Below, in pieces: positions 48,133 through 60,462 of a stretch of 64,000 bases of DNA (within the stretch, counting starts at the first letter, position 1; the number at the start of each line of letters is the position of its first letter). The notes beneath the pieces were generated by a model. That model saw nothing but the letters and a program-made list of their open reading frames with translations. It ran no database searches and was not told the DNA's origin. Location of the stretch: positions 52,514,001 to 52,578,000 of the forward strand of contig JBNRSN020000015.1 in the NCBI GenBank assembly GCA_051313645.2, in the 5' to 3' direction. A program made the position numbers and the translations under genes. This DNA is from Centroscyllium fabricii (taxonomy: Eukaryota).

Positions 48133-49056
48133 TAATGTGGAGGTGCCGGTGTTGGACTGGGGTGGACAAATGCAAGAAGTCACACAACACCAGATTATAG
48201 TCCAACAGTTTTATTTTAAATCAGAAGCTTTCAGAGCTTTTGCCCCTTCGTCAAGGTGAAAGAGAGAGACTGACTTAAAGAAAACACATATGTGATGAAG
48301 GGAGAAATCGGATATCTCCCACATCTCACCTCAGTAGAGATAGACAATGGATGAATGGGCACCGCGCAACAATCGCCAGGCAGGAGTGTTCCCTCCCAGT
48401 CGGGGAACATTTCAGCAGTCAAGGACATTCTGCTTCCGATCTTCGGGTGAGCATTCTCTAGGGTGGCCTTCGAGACACACGACAACGCAAAATCGTCGAG
48501 CAGAGGCTGATAGCCAAGTTCCGCACCCATGAGCACGGCCTCAACCATGATATTGGGTTTATGTCGCGCTACATGTGACCCCGCCTGACATAGAGTCATC
48601 CAGATGCGAACCATCTTTGGCTTGTTCTGCGATTTTAAGTAAGAAAAATCCTTGTTTTAAAAAAATCATTATGTGGGATTTAAAGCAGACTGTAGTGTTT
48701 GACCCTTTGTGACTGCACCCTTTGATCTCAGGCTGGCTGATATGTTTGAACACCTTTGATTGCTTTGATGTCCCTCAGCTGAGGTGTCATGTGAAACAAC
48801 TGGAGAGACCACATTGTTATCTCTATATATATATGCTATGTTTAAATGAAACACTTAAAATATGTTAATAAGCCTTTGTGTGTCTATCTCTACTGAGGTG
48901 AGATGTGGGAGATATCGGATTTCTCCCTTCATCACATATGTGCGTTCTTTAAGTCAGTCTCTCTCTTTCACCTTGACGAAGGGGCAAAAGCTCCGAAAGC
49001 TTGTGATTTAAAATAAAACTGTTGGACTATAATCTGGTGTTGTGTGACTTCTTGCA
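48133..49056 (+). mobile_element. Truncated Penelope-like element P2 with inverted pseudo-LTRs
   Basis: 13-bp TSD ATTATACATGTCA at 48120-48132 and 49057-49069; 176-bp inverted repeats 48171-48346 / 48881-49056; GIY-YIG C-terminus MNGHR...PVGEHF...EQRLIAKF...GLN. Confidence 0.88.
48968..49006 (+). ncRNA. Minimal hammerhead-ribozyme-like motif in the P2 terminal repeat
   Basis: TCAC-C(T)TGACGA-A-GGGGC-AAAA-GCTCC-GAAA-GCTT-GTGA: stem I TCAC/GTGA, 5-bp stem II, palindromic stem III; extra U in the core. Confidence 0.65.
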
Positions 49057-49410
49057 ATTATACATGTCAATTAAGGATGATTAAGGTGCCTAAAGACCAT
49101 TCCCACCGGTTGCGGGTGGGAAAGACTCAGGTTACTCAGACATGGCAGGGGTAAATCACAAGGTGTCAGGAAACCGGTGGGAGGGGCTGGGACCCCTGGT
49201 TTTGCAATTTTGCGGCCCACCCTGCCGAAAAGCCCGCCTGACGGCTCAAGAAAAATTGACCCCTGGATAGCCACTTGAGGGAAATAAAGTTGCAGAGCTA
49301 TGGGGATAGAGCAAGTGAATGGGACTGACTGGATTGCTCTACCGAGAGCGGCATGGACTTGATGGGCCGAATAGCCTCCTTCTGTGCCATTATGACTCTA
49401 TGACTATGAC

Positions 49411-50372
49411 TATAAATGACCTGGATACTGGAATACAAAGTAAAATTTCTAACTTTGCAGATGACACCAAAGTTGAGGGTGTGGCAACAGTGAGGAAGTT
49501 ACCAATCGACTGCAACAGGACATAGAAAGACTAGCAGAATGGGCAGACAAGTGACAGGTGGAATTTAATACAGAGAAGTGTGAGGCGATGCATTTTTGCA
49601 GAAGGAACAGGGAGAAGCAATATACACTTAATGGAACAGCTTTATAGAGTGTGCAGGGACAGAGGGACCTGGGAGTTAATGTGCATAGGTCCCTGACGGT
49701 GACAGGACATATTGAAAGAGGGTTTAGCAAAACATTCAGGATTTTGGGCTTCATAAATAGAGGTATTGAGAACAAAAGTAGAGAAGTTATGCTGAAGCTT
49801 TATAAAATGCTGGTTAGGCCACAACTAGAATATTGCGTCCAGTTCTGGTTACCACACTTTAGGAAGGATATGAATGTCTTTGAGAGGGTGCAGAGGATAT
49901 TTACTCGAATGTTTCTGGGCATGGGGGATCTGAGCTACAAGGACAGGTTGGAGAAGCTGGATTTGTTTTCATTAGAGCAAAGGAGGTTGAGGGTGATTTG
50001 ATAGAGGTGTACAAGATTATGACAGGTTTAGATAGGCTAGATGGGGAAAGGCTGTTTCCACTCGTTGATGGTACAAGGACTAGGGGGCACAGATTTAAGG
50101 TTTTGGGCGAGAGATACAGGGGGGATGTGAGGAAAAACTTTTTAACGCAGCGAGTGGTGAGGACCTGGAACTCGTTGTCGACGGAAGTGGTGGAAGTGGA
50201 GACACTAAATATTTTCAAAGGGAGACTGAATAGGCACTTGAGGGAAATAAACTTGCAGGGCTACAGGGATAGAGCGAGGGAATGGGACTGACTTGATTGA
50301 TCCACAGAGAGCTGGCACAGACTCGATGGGCCGAATGACCTCCTTCTATGCCGTATGACTCTATGTATGACT
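49411..50372 (+). mobile_element. Second 5'-truncated CR1 LINE, head-to-tail with the first
   Basis: NFADDTK, RPQLEYCVQFW, TRGHRFK, (CTATGA)-type tail. Confidence 0.88.
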
Positions 50373-53009
50373 TTATGATTTCCCTCTTTCTTGCAAGAGA
50401 AGGTGGCATATGACAGGAATCAGCAGGAAGGGACTGGAGGAGGACAAGCGCGCCTGCATGTTTCAACCACCATGGAGGAGACCGTGCTGGCTATCATGGG
50501 AAGGGGCTTCGCTGAGGCTGTGGCCACTGGTGGGGCTGGATCGATGGATGATGAGGGTATCTGCCTACCTAACCCTCCTTTTCTCTTTTTACTTCTCTCT
50601 CATCCCTCAATCTCTTCTCAGGGTGTTTACATTATAGCCTCCCTTCCTCTTCCTGTGCCTCCACTTCATGTTGCACTTCTTCCTCCTGCACTTCCTCGAC
50701 TTCTTCCTCCTCCTCCTCCTCATGCTCCTGCACCTCAGCTTCTCACCTGATAGGTGATGGGAAGGGCTGTTTATCATAATGGTAAGGTTTTGCAGCATGC
50801 AGCATACTAGTACAAACCTTGATACCCACTCAGCTGACTACAGGGCTCCTCCGGAGCAGTCCAGGCAGTAGAACCATTGATTGAGGACGCTGATGATGTG
50901 CTCTATAATGTTCATTGTGGCAGCTAGGCTCTCATTGTTAGTCTGCTGTGCACACGTGCGTGAATTCCAGACTGGAGTCATGAGCCATGCCATGAGTGGG
51001 TAACCCTTGTTGCCCAGCAGCCAGCCTTTGACATGCTGTGGTGGTTCAAATGTAGCTGGCACAGGGGACTACTGCAGATTGAAGGAATTGTCACTGCTGT
51101 CAGGATAACTGGCATTTATTTGCATGATGTGCTACCTGTGGTTGCACAACAGCTGCACATTGAGGGAGTGGAATCCTTTTCAGTTCAAGAAAATGGCCAA
51201 GTTCACATGAAGTGTACGCGAGGCAATGTGCATGCAATTAATGGCAGCCTGCACCATGGGAAATTTTGCAACCTGTACAACCGTTCACTCCACCTGTTTG
51301 TCTCTGACAAGTGGGAATGAGATTAAACTGTTTCTCTGTGTACAGATAGCTTTAGTGACATCCCTTATGCAGCAGTGTACTGCAGACTGCAAGATGTTGC
51401 TTACCTTAGATCTGCAACAGCAGCCTGGAAGGAGCCAGGCACATAAAAGTTAAGAGCCACGGTCCCCTTGATAACCACAGATAATGCTGTCCTTGCCCTG
51501 TATTGAGGTTGCAGTTGTGGTTGCAGCAGTGGGCAGATTTCAGTCATGACTTCTTTTGTGATGCAAAGATGTCTCATGCATCCTCACTGAAGTTGAGGAA
51601 AGAGACTTGCTCCCTAAAGATCCTTGGCGGATATGGCCACCTGCTGAGAGCCCTTCTCCCCCCACCCTTCCTCCTCCTTCCCCTTCTTGCAGCTAGTCCT
51701 GCTCTGCGTGGCCTCTCTTCATTCTCCCAGTCATGTTAAATCCCAAAGGAAGCTCTACCAGACCACTCATATCTGGAAGCAACTTCTTTCAGCGCAAGAT
51801 TTTAAATGAACAACAAAGTATTTCAACATTAACCAGACCACTCCCTGTATACTATTCAAACTTTAGTCAAGTATAGGAAAACTCCAAAAACATACAATTG
51901 CACCAGTAGCCAGAAGAAATAACACAGCAACTAACCTGCAAGTAGTTCATGATCTCTTTAAATAGCACTGGTGGAGGGGGCGGAGAGGGAAATCCTTCAT
52001 TCCGTTTAATGTTGTGTTCAGCTGTGTGAGGTTCAGATAGGGCTGCCGTTTACATTTGGAAAATGGCAGTGCTGGTGTCAAATCAAAGTTGCACCATGAT
52101 TTGCGTGAAGATCTGCCTGCTCTGCATGCTGCCACAGGACGTGAGTATATGCCCATGGCAACCCCTTTCCCAAAATAGCATTCTGTGCACTTCCCATCGA
52201 AAGTGTGTGCACGCATCTCGGATCCTATTTTTGAGCGTTATGTGGCTGCATAGCAACTAAAAAACGGACACTACAGAGCCCAATTTAGCCCTCTACAAGT
52301 CTAAAATATACTCAGTAGCCTTATTATATAAAACAAAGCATAGCAGTACTAGACTAGCAAATTCCATCAAATTGTTTAAGATTGTTGCTGGATTCCTGCT
52401 GCTACCTGACTAATCCTTTCCATTCTCGTACATTACATTCTCCTAAAATCATTATCTAGCAACTCAAAACATGGTATACATTACACACAGAATGATGGAC
52501 ATTGAAAGCAACAATTACATGGAGCAACAATTACATGGAGCAGTTCAGGTAAAATATTGAAATTTAAGCAGTTTCTAATTTGCAGCTAATCTCTGAGATG
52601 AGACCAGGGTCTTAAAATCACTGGTGGAGACCTACTGCATACACTGCAATGTTCTTGGAGCAATTTTATTCTGTACACAAAGGTTGTTGTATTCTCTGGG
52701 AGAGGGGGTCTGTCTTGGTGGACTCTTGTGTGCACTATGTTGTTAATGCAGAACAATGGCACCGATATTAACTTGGAAGGTGGGAGGGATCGAGGGGGGC
52801 AGGTGGTGCTGTTTTGTGGTCGGGAAACCTGGAAGAATGGGTTTCCCCCCAGGTCCTGCTGCATTTAATGACAGGGCCTGATTAATATTTTTGTCTTTGA
52901 GATTGAGACTGGCTGGCTGTTGGGTAGAAATGCCCGTGACACCCGGCCACAGCCGGGGAGCAGTGAGGAGGGAAGGAGAAATCGTGGATCAAATGCCGGG
53001 GATCGATCA

Positions 53010-55463
53010 GAGGGTCGGAGACATCGGGGGTCAGAGATATCGGGGGTTAGAGACATCGGGGGTCAGCGACATCAGGGGGTCAGCGACATCAGGGGGTTAG
53101 AGATATCGGGGGTCGGAGTCATCGGGGGTCGGAGACATCGGGGGTCGGAGTCATCGGGGGTCGGAGTCAACGGGGGTCGGAGTCAACGGGGGTCGGAGTC
53201 ATCGGGGGTCGGAGTCATCGGGGGTCGGAGTCATCGGGGGTCGGAGTCATCGGGGGTCGGAGTCACCGGGGGTCGGAGACATCGGGGGTCGGAGTCACCG
53301 GGGGTCGGAGTCACCGGGGGTCGGAGTCACCGGGGGTCGGTGTCATCGGGGGTCGGAGTCATCGGGGGTCGGAGTCATCGGGGGTCGGAGTCATCGGGGG
53401 TCGGAGTCATCGGGGGTCGGAGTCATCGGTGGTGGGAGACTTCGGGGGTCGGAGACATTGGGGGTTGGAGACATTGGGGGTTGGAATCATGGGGGTTGGA
53501 GACATCTGGGGTTGGAGACATCTGGGGTCGGAGACATCTGGGGTCGGAGACATCTGGGGTCGGAGACATCGGGGGTCGGAGACATCGGGGGTCGGAGTCA
53601 TCGGGGGTCGGAGTCATCGGGGGTCGGAGTCATCGGGGGTCGGAGTCATCGGAGGTCGGAGTCATCGGGGGTCGGAGTCATCGGGGGTCGGAGTCATCGG
53701 GGGTCGGAGTCATCGGGGGTCGGAGTCATCGGGGGTCGGAGTCATCGGGGGTCGGACACATCGGGGGCCGGAGACATCGGGGGCCGGAGACATCGGGGGC
53801 CGGAGACATCGGGGGCCGGAGTCATCGGGGGCTCGGAGTCATCGGGGGCTCGGAGTCATCGGGGGCTCGGAGTCATCGGGGGTCGGAGTCATCGGGGGTC
53901 GGACACATCAGGGGTCAGGACATCGGGGGTCAGCAACATCAGATGGTCGGAGACATCGGAGGTCAGCGACTTCGGGGAGTCGGAGACATCGGGTGTCGGA
54001 GTTATCGAAGGTCAGAGACATCGGGGGTCAGAGACCTCGGGGGTCAGCGACATCGGTGGTCGTAGACATCGCGGGTCAGAGACATTGCGGGCCAGAGACA
54101 TCGGGGGGACAGAGACATCGGGGGTCAGAGACATCGGGGGTCAGAGACATTGGAGGTCAGAGACATCGGGGGTCAGCGACATCAGGGGTCAGAGACATCC
54201 GGGGTTGGAGATATCGGGGGTCAGAGACATCGGAGGTCAAATATATCGGGGATCAGTGACATCAGGGGGTCGGAGTCATTGGGGGTCGGAGTCATTGGGG
54301 GTCGGAGTCATTGGGGGTCAGAAACATCGGGGGTTAGAGACATCGGGGGTCATAAACATCAGGGGGTCGGAGTCATCGGGGGATCAGAGACATCAGGGGG
54401 TCGGACATTGGGGGTCAGAGACATCAGGGGGTCAGAAACATCGGGGGTTAGAGACATCGGGGGTCAGAGACATCAGGGGGTCGGAGTCATCGGGGGGGTC
54501 AGAGACATCAGGGGGTCGGAGTCATCGGGGGGTTGTAGACATCGGGGGTTAGAGACATCAGGGGGTCGGAGCCATTGGGGGGGGTCGGAGACATCGGGGA
54601 GTCAGAGTCATCGGGGGGTCGGTGAAATCAGGGGGTCACAGACATCGGGGGGCCGGAGACATTGGGGGGCCGGAGACATCGGGGGGTCAGAGACATTGGG
54701 GGTCAGAGACATCGGGGCTCAGAGACATTGGGGGTTCGGAGACATTGGAGGTCGGAGACATCGGGGTTCAGCGACATCGGGGGGTCGGAGTCATCGGGGG
54801 TCAGAGACATTGGAGGTGTCAGAGAGATCGGGGTCGGAGTCATCGGGGGTCGGTGACATAGGGGGTCGGAGACATCGGGGGGTCAGAGACATCGGGGGTT
54901 GGAGACATTGGGGGTCAGAGACATCAGGGGGTCAGAGTCATTGAGGGGTTGTAGACACCGGGGGTTAGAGACATCAGGGCGTCGGAGTCATCGGGGAGGT
55001 CAGAGACATCGGGGGGTCAGAGTCATCGGGGGGTCGGTGAAATCAGGGGGTCAGAGACATCGGGGGGCCGGAGACATCAGGGGGTCAGAGACATCGGGAG
55101 GTCAGAGACAGCAGGGGGTCAGAGACATCGGGGGGTTGGAGACATCGGGGGGCTCAGAGACATCGGGGGGTCAGAGACATCGCGGCTCAGCGACATCGGG
55201 GGGTCGGAGTCATCGGGGGTCAGAGACATCGGAGGTGTCAGAGACATCGGGGTCGGAGTCATCAGGGGTCGGAGACATCGGGGTTTGGAGTCATCGGGGG
55301 TCAGAGACATCGGGGGTCAGAGTCATCGGGGGTCAGAGTCATCGGGGGTCAGAGTCATCGGGGTCAGAGTCATCGGGGGGTCGGAGACATCGGGGGTCAG
55401 AGACATCGGGGGTCAGAGACATCGGGGGTCAGAGACATCGGGGGTCAGAAACATCGGGGTCAG
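53010..55463. repeat. G-rich minisatellite, ~16-bp unit GGGGGTC(G/A)GAG(T/A)CATC, roughly 150 copies
   Basis: Directly visible tandem array; the long ORFs over it are translations of the repeat. Confidence 0.97.
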
Positions 55464-55465
55464 AG

Positions 55466-55968
55466 TTTCTTTTTATCCATTGATGGGATGTGGGCATCAC
55501 TGGCTGGCTAGGCCTGCATTTAGTGCCCATCCCTAATTGCCCTTGATAAGATGGTGGTGAGCCACCTTCTTGATCCGCTGCAGTCCATATGGTGTAGGTA
55601 CACCCACAATGTTGTTAGGAAGGGAGTTCCAGGATTTTGGCCCAGCGACAGTGAAGGAGCGGCGATACAGGTCCAAGTCAGGATGGTGTGTGGCTTGGAG
55701 GGGAACTTGTAGGTGGTGCTGTTCCCATGCGTCTGCTGCCCTTGTCCTTCTAAGTGGTAGAGGTCGCGGGTTTGAAAGGTGCTGTTGATGGAGCTTTGGC
55801 GAGTTGCAGCAGTGCATCTTGTAGATGGTACACACTGCAGCCACAGTGCGCTGGTGGTGGAGGGAATGAATGTTGAAGGTGGTGAATTAGGTGCCAATCA
55901 AGCGGCCTGCTTTATCCTGAATGGTGTCGAGCTTCTTAAGTGTTGTTAGAGCTGCACTCATCCAGGCA
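55466..55968 (-). mobile_element. 3' fragment of a CR1/L2-group LINE inserted near the end of the minisatellite
   Basis: AAVCTIYKMHC..RRSFTVAGPKSWNSLP C-terminal motif and A-rich tail; repeat units resume at 55969. Confidence 0.75.
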
Positions 55969-57129
55969 AGACATCGGGGGGGTCGGAGACATCGGTGGTG
56001 GGGGCTGGAAGGACTGGAAAGGCCAGAGAAAGAAGCATGTGGTTGAAGGGGAGAAAAGAGGCCTGGGGTGGGGATGGGCAGTTTGTACGTATTGGGGGGG
56101 GGGGGGGGGGTGTCAATCGGAAGTCAGGGGGGAGATTCGGGGGTGGGGGGAGTGGGTGTGAAATCGGAAGGATCAGAGGTGAGATGTGGGTTTGAGCTTT
56201 TTTAATTTTTGTATCCCGCCCGACCCAAACCCACCTGTTTTTGGGGTTAAAATCCCGACCAATGTATTCAGTTGACAATTGAAATATGTGGCAAAAACAG
56301 AAAATGCTACAAATGCAGGGCAGGACTGTTAGCACCTGTATGGGGAAAAGCCAGGTTACAGTCCTATTAGCCAAGCAAGCTAATTTGTAAATGTAGTGCA
56401 GAGACAAACTGGGCTGGGAGGGGGGAGGTGGGGAGCTAACAGCTGCTACTTTTCAGTTCAGATTCGACAGACTTCAAAAGGGTAACAAGATTTAGCTTTG
56501 GGCAGATCTGCACCATGTGTAGGCTGTGGGGGTTTGTGAAGTGTGTGAGTGAAGGTGAGATGCAGGCTTTCAATCTGCTGTGTGACTAAAGAAGCTGTTG
56601 ATCTCCTCTTGAGCGATGAGGAGAGGAGTCGTGAACTCATTCACTAAGCTGGGCTAATTGTTTTAATTAGAAAAGCAAACGGAATTCAGCACTTGTACAG
56701 TGAAATAGATATGAAGCTGTGAGATTGAGGCCATTACAGTTAAGTGATTGACTGTCTGTATATGCCAGTTGCTGAGATAGATAATAGATGTACTCCCTCT
56801 CTTTTGATAGATATAATTTGGTGATTAGATTAATAGGAAAAATATACCAGATGTGGGAGAATTTTTAGTTTCAACATCAGGGTTCTGCAACATGTGCATG
56901 AGTGTTTTCTTTTCACGATGATTGCCAGTCATTAATGACATCAATGTTGGTTGTGATCTTATTCTGAAAACTGTTCTTTAACTTTTGTTTTGGATGTAAT
57001 AGGACGATTCCCTCTGGTGGTTAGGAGGTCTGATTGTTGGGAATGACTAACAATGAGGCTCTTAAAAACATGCTTAATGGTTGAGAGAAACATTTCACAT
57101 TAGGGGAAAAAGCAATGATGATATCTTAC

Positions 57130-57373
57130 TGGATATTTCCTGAAATTTCTTTCAGTATCTCATTTCCAGTAATGGTCAAAATGTAATTGAAATGTTCACT
57201 GCTCGCTGCTTTTGCATACCAGTGGATCACCTCCTTCCATTCCACAGGCCTCTCCATGGCTGGTATCAGCACTGCTCTGTGGTCATGTGACAGGAATTGA
57301 GTTTTTGTAGAGGTTAGAATGCCAAGCGTTTCAAAACACTGCCTCCCACCATCCTTGGAATGATTGCTGCGAC
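57130..57373 (-). CDS. Candidate host-gene exon (80 codons, product unknown)
   Basis: TTCCAAG| acceptor, open frame RSNHSKDGGRQCFETLG...EWKEVIHWYAKAASSEHFNYIL...SGNI, |GTAAGA donor, in non-repetitive AT-rich DNA. No homology recognised. Confidence 0.3.
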
Positions 57374-58011
57374 CTTGGAAATATTATGCCAAAGAAGACA
57401 ACTGATCAAAATTGAATAATATTGGTAGTACTAGTAGATGCTGCAGTTTACAAACCTGAGAAAACACAAAATAAGTAGAAGCCATTTGTCCAATCAAGTC
57501 CAATCCTTCCACAGACAATCTGCTCTATCAGGAACTCTACCCAATCCATTTAATATCCTGGAGAATGGTTCTGTTCTGAACAATATGCCCTTCCACTCAC
57601 CAAAGAGTCCAAGACTCCACTGTTCATACAATAGCAAAAGACTGTGGATGCTGGAAATCTGAAATAACAACAGAAAATGCTGGAAACACACAGCAGGTCA
57701 GGCAGTATCTGTGGAGGGAGAAATAGAGTTAATGGGGTCGATTTTAACTCGGGTGCGGGCAATTGTCGGGTTACCCGAATTTCGTGTTTCCCACACGAAT
57801 CTAAATGGGTGTGTGAGATTGATGCAATGTTAACTCAATTGACCAATTGATTTCCAACATGTGGGAACCCTTGGCAATTGAGTATTTCCAGTCAGAAAGT
57901 CGCAGAATATTACATCATCATTGCTGCTGCTTTTAAGGTCCGCAGCAAGTCTTGCTTCTTCTGCAGGCTTCCAAGCTTTACCATTATGATGCAACAGGAG
58001 CCTGCAGGAAC

Positions 58012-60462
58012 AATGGCCAGCAGGAGGGCAAGAGCTGCTCCAAAATTTGATGAGGCTTCACTACAGGCATTGCTGGATGGGGCCAGGGCCCACAGGGAGG
58101 TCCTGTTCCCTTCTTCAGGGAGGAAGAGGACTCCCAGCCACAGCAAGGCTGTTTGGCAACATAGAAACATAGAAGATAGGAGCAGGAGTGGGTAATTTGG
58201 CCCCTCGAGCCTGCTCCGCCATTCGATGAGATCATGGCTGATCATCCAAACTCAGTACCCCGTACTTGCCTTCTCCCCATATCCCTTGATACTTTTAGCT
58301 CTAAGAAATATACCTAACTCCTTCTTGAATATATTATATGACTTGGCCTCAACTACATTCTGTGGTAGAGAATTCCACAGGTTCACCACTCTCTGGGTGA
58401 AATTCTTCCTCATCTCTGTCCTAAATGGCTTACCCTTAATCCTTAAACTATGACCCCTGGTTCTGGACTCTCCGACCATCGGGAACATTCTTCCTGCATC
58501 TAGTCTGTCCAGACCTGTCAGAATTTTATAAGTTTCGATGAGATCCCACCTCATTCTTCTAAACTCCAGCGAGTATAAGCCCAATTGACCCAATCGTCCC
58601 TGTATGTCATTTCTGCCAGCCCAGGTATCAGCCTTGTGAATTTTCGCTGAACTCCTTCCATGGCAAGAACATCCTTCCTCAGATAAGGTGACCAAAACTG
58701 CACACAGTACTCAAGGTGTGGTCTCACCAAGGCCCTGTACAACTGCAGCAGGACATCCTTGTTCCTGTACTCAAACCCTTTCGCTACGAAGGCCAACATA
58801 CCATTTGCTTTCTTCACCGCCTGCTGCACCTGCATGCTTACCTTCAGCGACTGGTGCACAAGGGCATGCAGGTCTCGTTGCACTTCCCCTTCTTCCAATC
58901 TATTGCCATTCAGGTAATAGTCTGCCTTCTTGTTTTTGACACCAAAGTGGATAACCTCGCATTTATGCACGTTATATTGCAACAGGTGGCTGGGGAAGTC
59001 AACTCCTTGGGGCTCACACGAAGTACGTAGATTCAGTGCCGGAAAAGATTCCATGACCTTCATTGCACTGGAAATGTAAGTATGAAGCTTCCATCACCCT
59101 CAATCTGATCCCCATTGCTTTTCCTCACCAGCACTCAGCTTTAGCAATCTCTTCCTCCACATCCCACTTGACACTCACATCCATGTACCCTTACCCATTC
59201 CCTCTCTCTCTATGCTCACAGTCACATAACTATTCCACCATGCAGCCCTCACACTCCCTCTCACTCTGATGTTTTGAACACAACTGACAACACACAGGGA
59301 GGGCCTTTGGTCTTGCAACCTCACTCCATCTTTGTCTCCTTCAAAATATCTATGCTATGCAATCTCTACACTCACTCCTTCATTCTGACTCAACCTCCAC
59401 TTTTCTCCCTCATTGCAGGAGAAGAGAGCTCACAACAGGAGAGAGCGAGCCAGGGCAGGAGGAGGCCCACCCTCATTAGCCCAGCTCATCCCCTGGGAGA
59501 AAGCCATCCTGGAGTTAGTAGGGGCTGATGCAGATGTGGAAATTGGGGAAGGACAGACAAGTGCATCCTCGCAAGCTGGTGACAGAATAGTTTTCCATCT
59601 CTCTCATTGACATTGCATGAGTCGCTGATAATGATTCTGAAACAATATCATATGGACTTATGATCATCTGCAAAATGCAATGTGCATGTAACCTTGGCAT
59701 CACATCTCTAACTCTTTCCATTACTCCCCCACAGGACCATCGGGAGCCCCCGTCCCCACTGTGCAGGAGGAAGAGCCTGAGAATCCAGACCCCTCAGAGG
59801 AATCTGCAACCTCTGAGGACGCAGCTTCAGCAAAAATAAGTGCACCCAGCACCAGCACAGACACTCACATCCGGGGGGAACCTTTGGGACATAGAGTAGT
59901 GTTGTCACCGGGTGTATCACAGCTCACAAGTAAGCATCAGCAGATTGTGGAGATAGGGACAGCAGTGGAGAGTCCTCATTGGAGGGCGCAGGACTCTGCC
60001 AACTCGGCTCAGCAGCATGTTGACCCTCTGCCTCTGGGTCCATCCATAAGATCAGAGGTGATGGAACTCCATGCACAGATGCAGGAGTCTCTGGCAGGTT
60101 TTGTCTCCAGGGTCGCTGCGAGTGTGGAGCGAATGGAGGAGTCCATAGCGAACATGAGCAGAGCCTTTGTGGAGTCAATGGCGCATGAATGCATCAACAT
60201 GGAAAGGATGGCTACCTACGTGGAAATTATTGCTGCCTCCATGGTAAGGCTGGCTACCGTAGAGGAGAGGATGGCTGCGGTAGAGGAGAGGAGGACTACG
60301 GTTGCAGAGAGGAGGGCTACGGCCATGGAGCAGGTTAGTCACCAGGGTATGGAAAACATGGTGAGTGTTCAGAATAGAATGACATCTCTTGAGGAGCGAT
60401 GGGCATCTATTGAACAGAGAAACCAGACCTTCATGGAAGTCTTTCTGAGGACTGCATTGTAG
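58012..60462 (+). pseudogene. Harbinger Myb/SANT-like gene, three exons, exon 1 broken by CR1
   Basis: MASRRARAAPKFDEASLQALLDGARAHREVLFP; donor GTAAGT ~59076; exon 2 EKRAHNRRERARAGGG; exon 3 ORF 59761-60462. Confidence 0.85.
58162..58978 (-). mobile_element. 5'-truncated CR1 LINE
   Basis: KCEVIHFG, RPHLEYCVQFWSP, TRGHSL, (TTTCTATG)n tail; probable TSD GCAACA. Confidence 0.9.

Larger units (their letters stand above)
46756..49263. mobile_element. Internally deleted Harbinger element H4
   Basis: TIRs GGGGTAAATATTC / GAAAAATTGACCCC; Myb exon 1 ORF 47066-47299 (RRTWIQCRKRFHDL); transposase 5' remnant ~47690-47810 minus. Confidence 0.75.
45511..49410 (+). mobile_element. 5'-truncated CR1 LINE interrupted by a 5S-derived SINE and Harbinger H4
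   Basis: [11 protein letters not shown] and KFADD motifs at 45615-45720; resumes at 49264 and ends in (CTATGA)n. Confidence 0.85.
33790..52291. mobile_element. Old Harbinger element H2 (Myb +, transposase -), host of the Penelope/CR1 stack; left end uncertain
   Basis: Myb exon 1 MRERAPRFSDNAL| resumes at 45049 (DILVQDVERKRDILYP), exon 2 at ~50397 (EKVAYDR), transposase remnant ~50750-51700 minus ([18 protein letters not shown]), TIR-like CAATTTAGCCC at 52281-52291. Confidence 0.6.

Noticed and set aside
52920-55483. Long G/S/R-rich ORFs (up to 381 aa) and CRISPR-like periodicity
   Set aside because: Translations of a 16-bp minisatellite open in several frames; no unique spacers or cas genes, and the DNA is eukaryotic.
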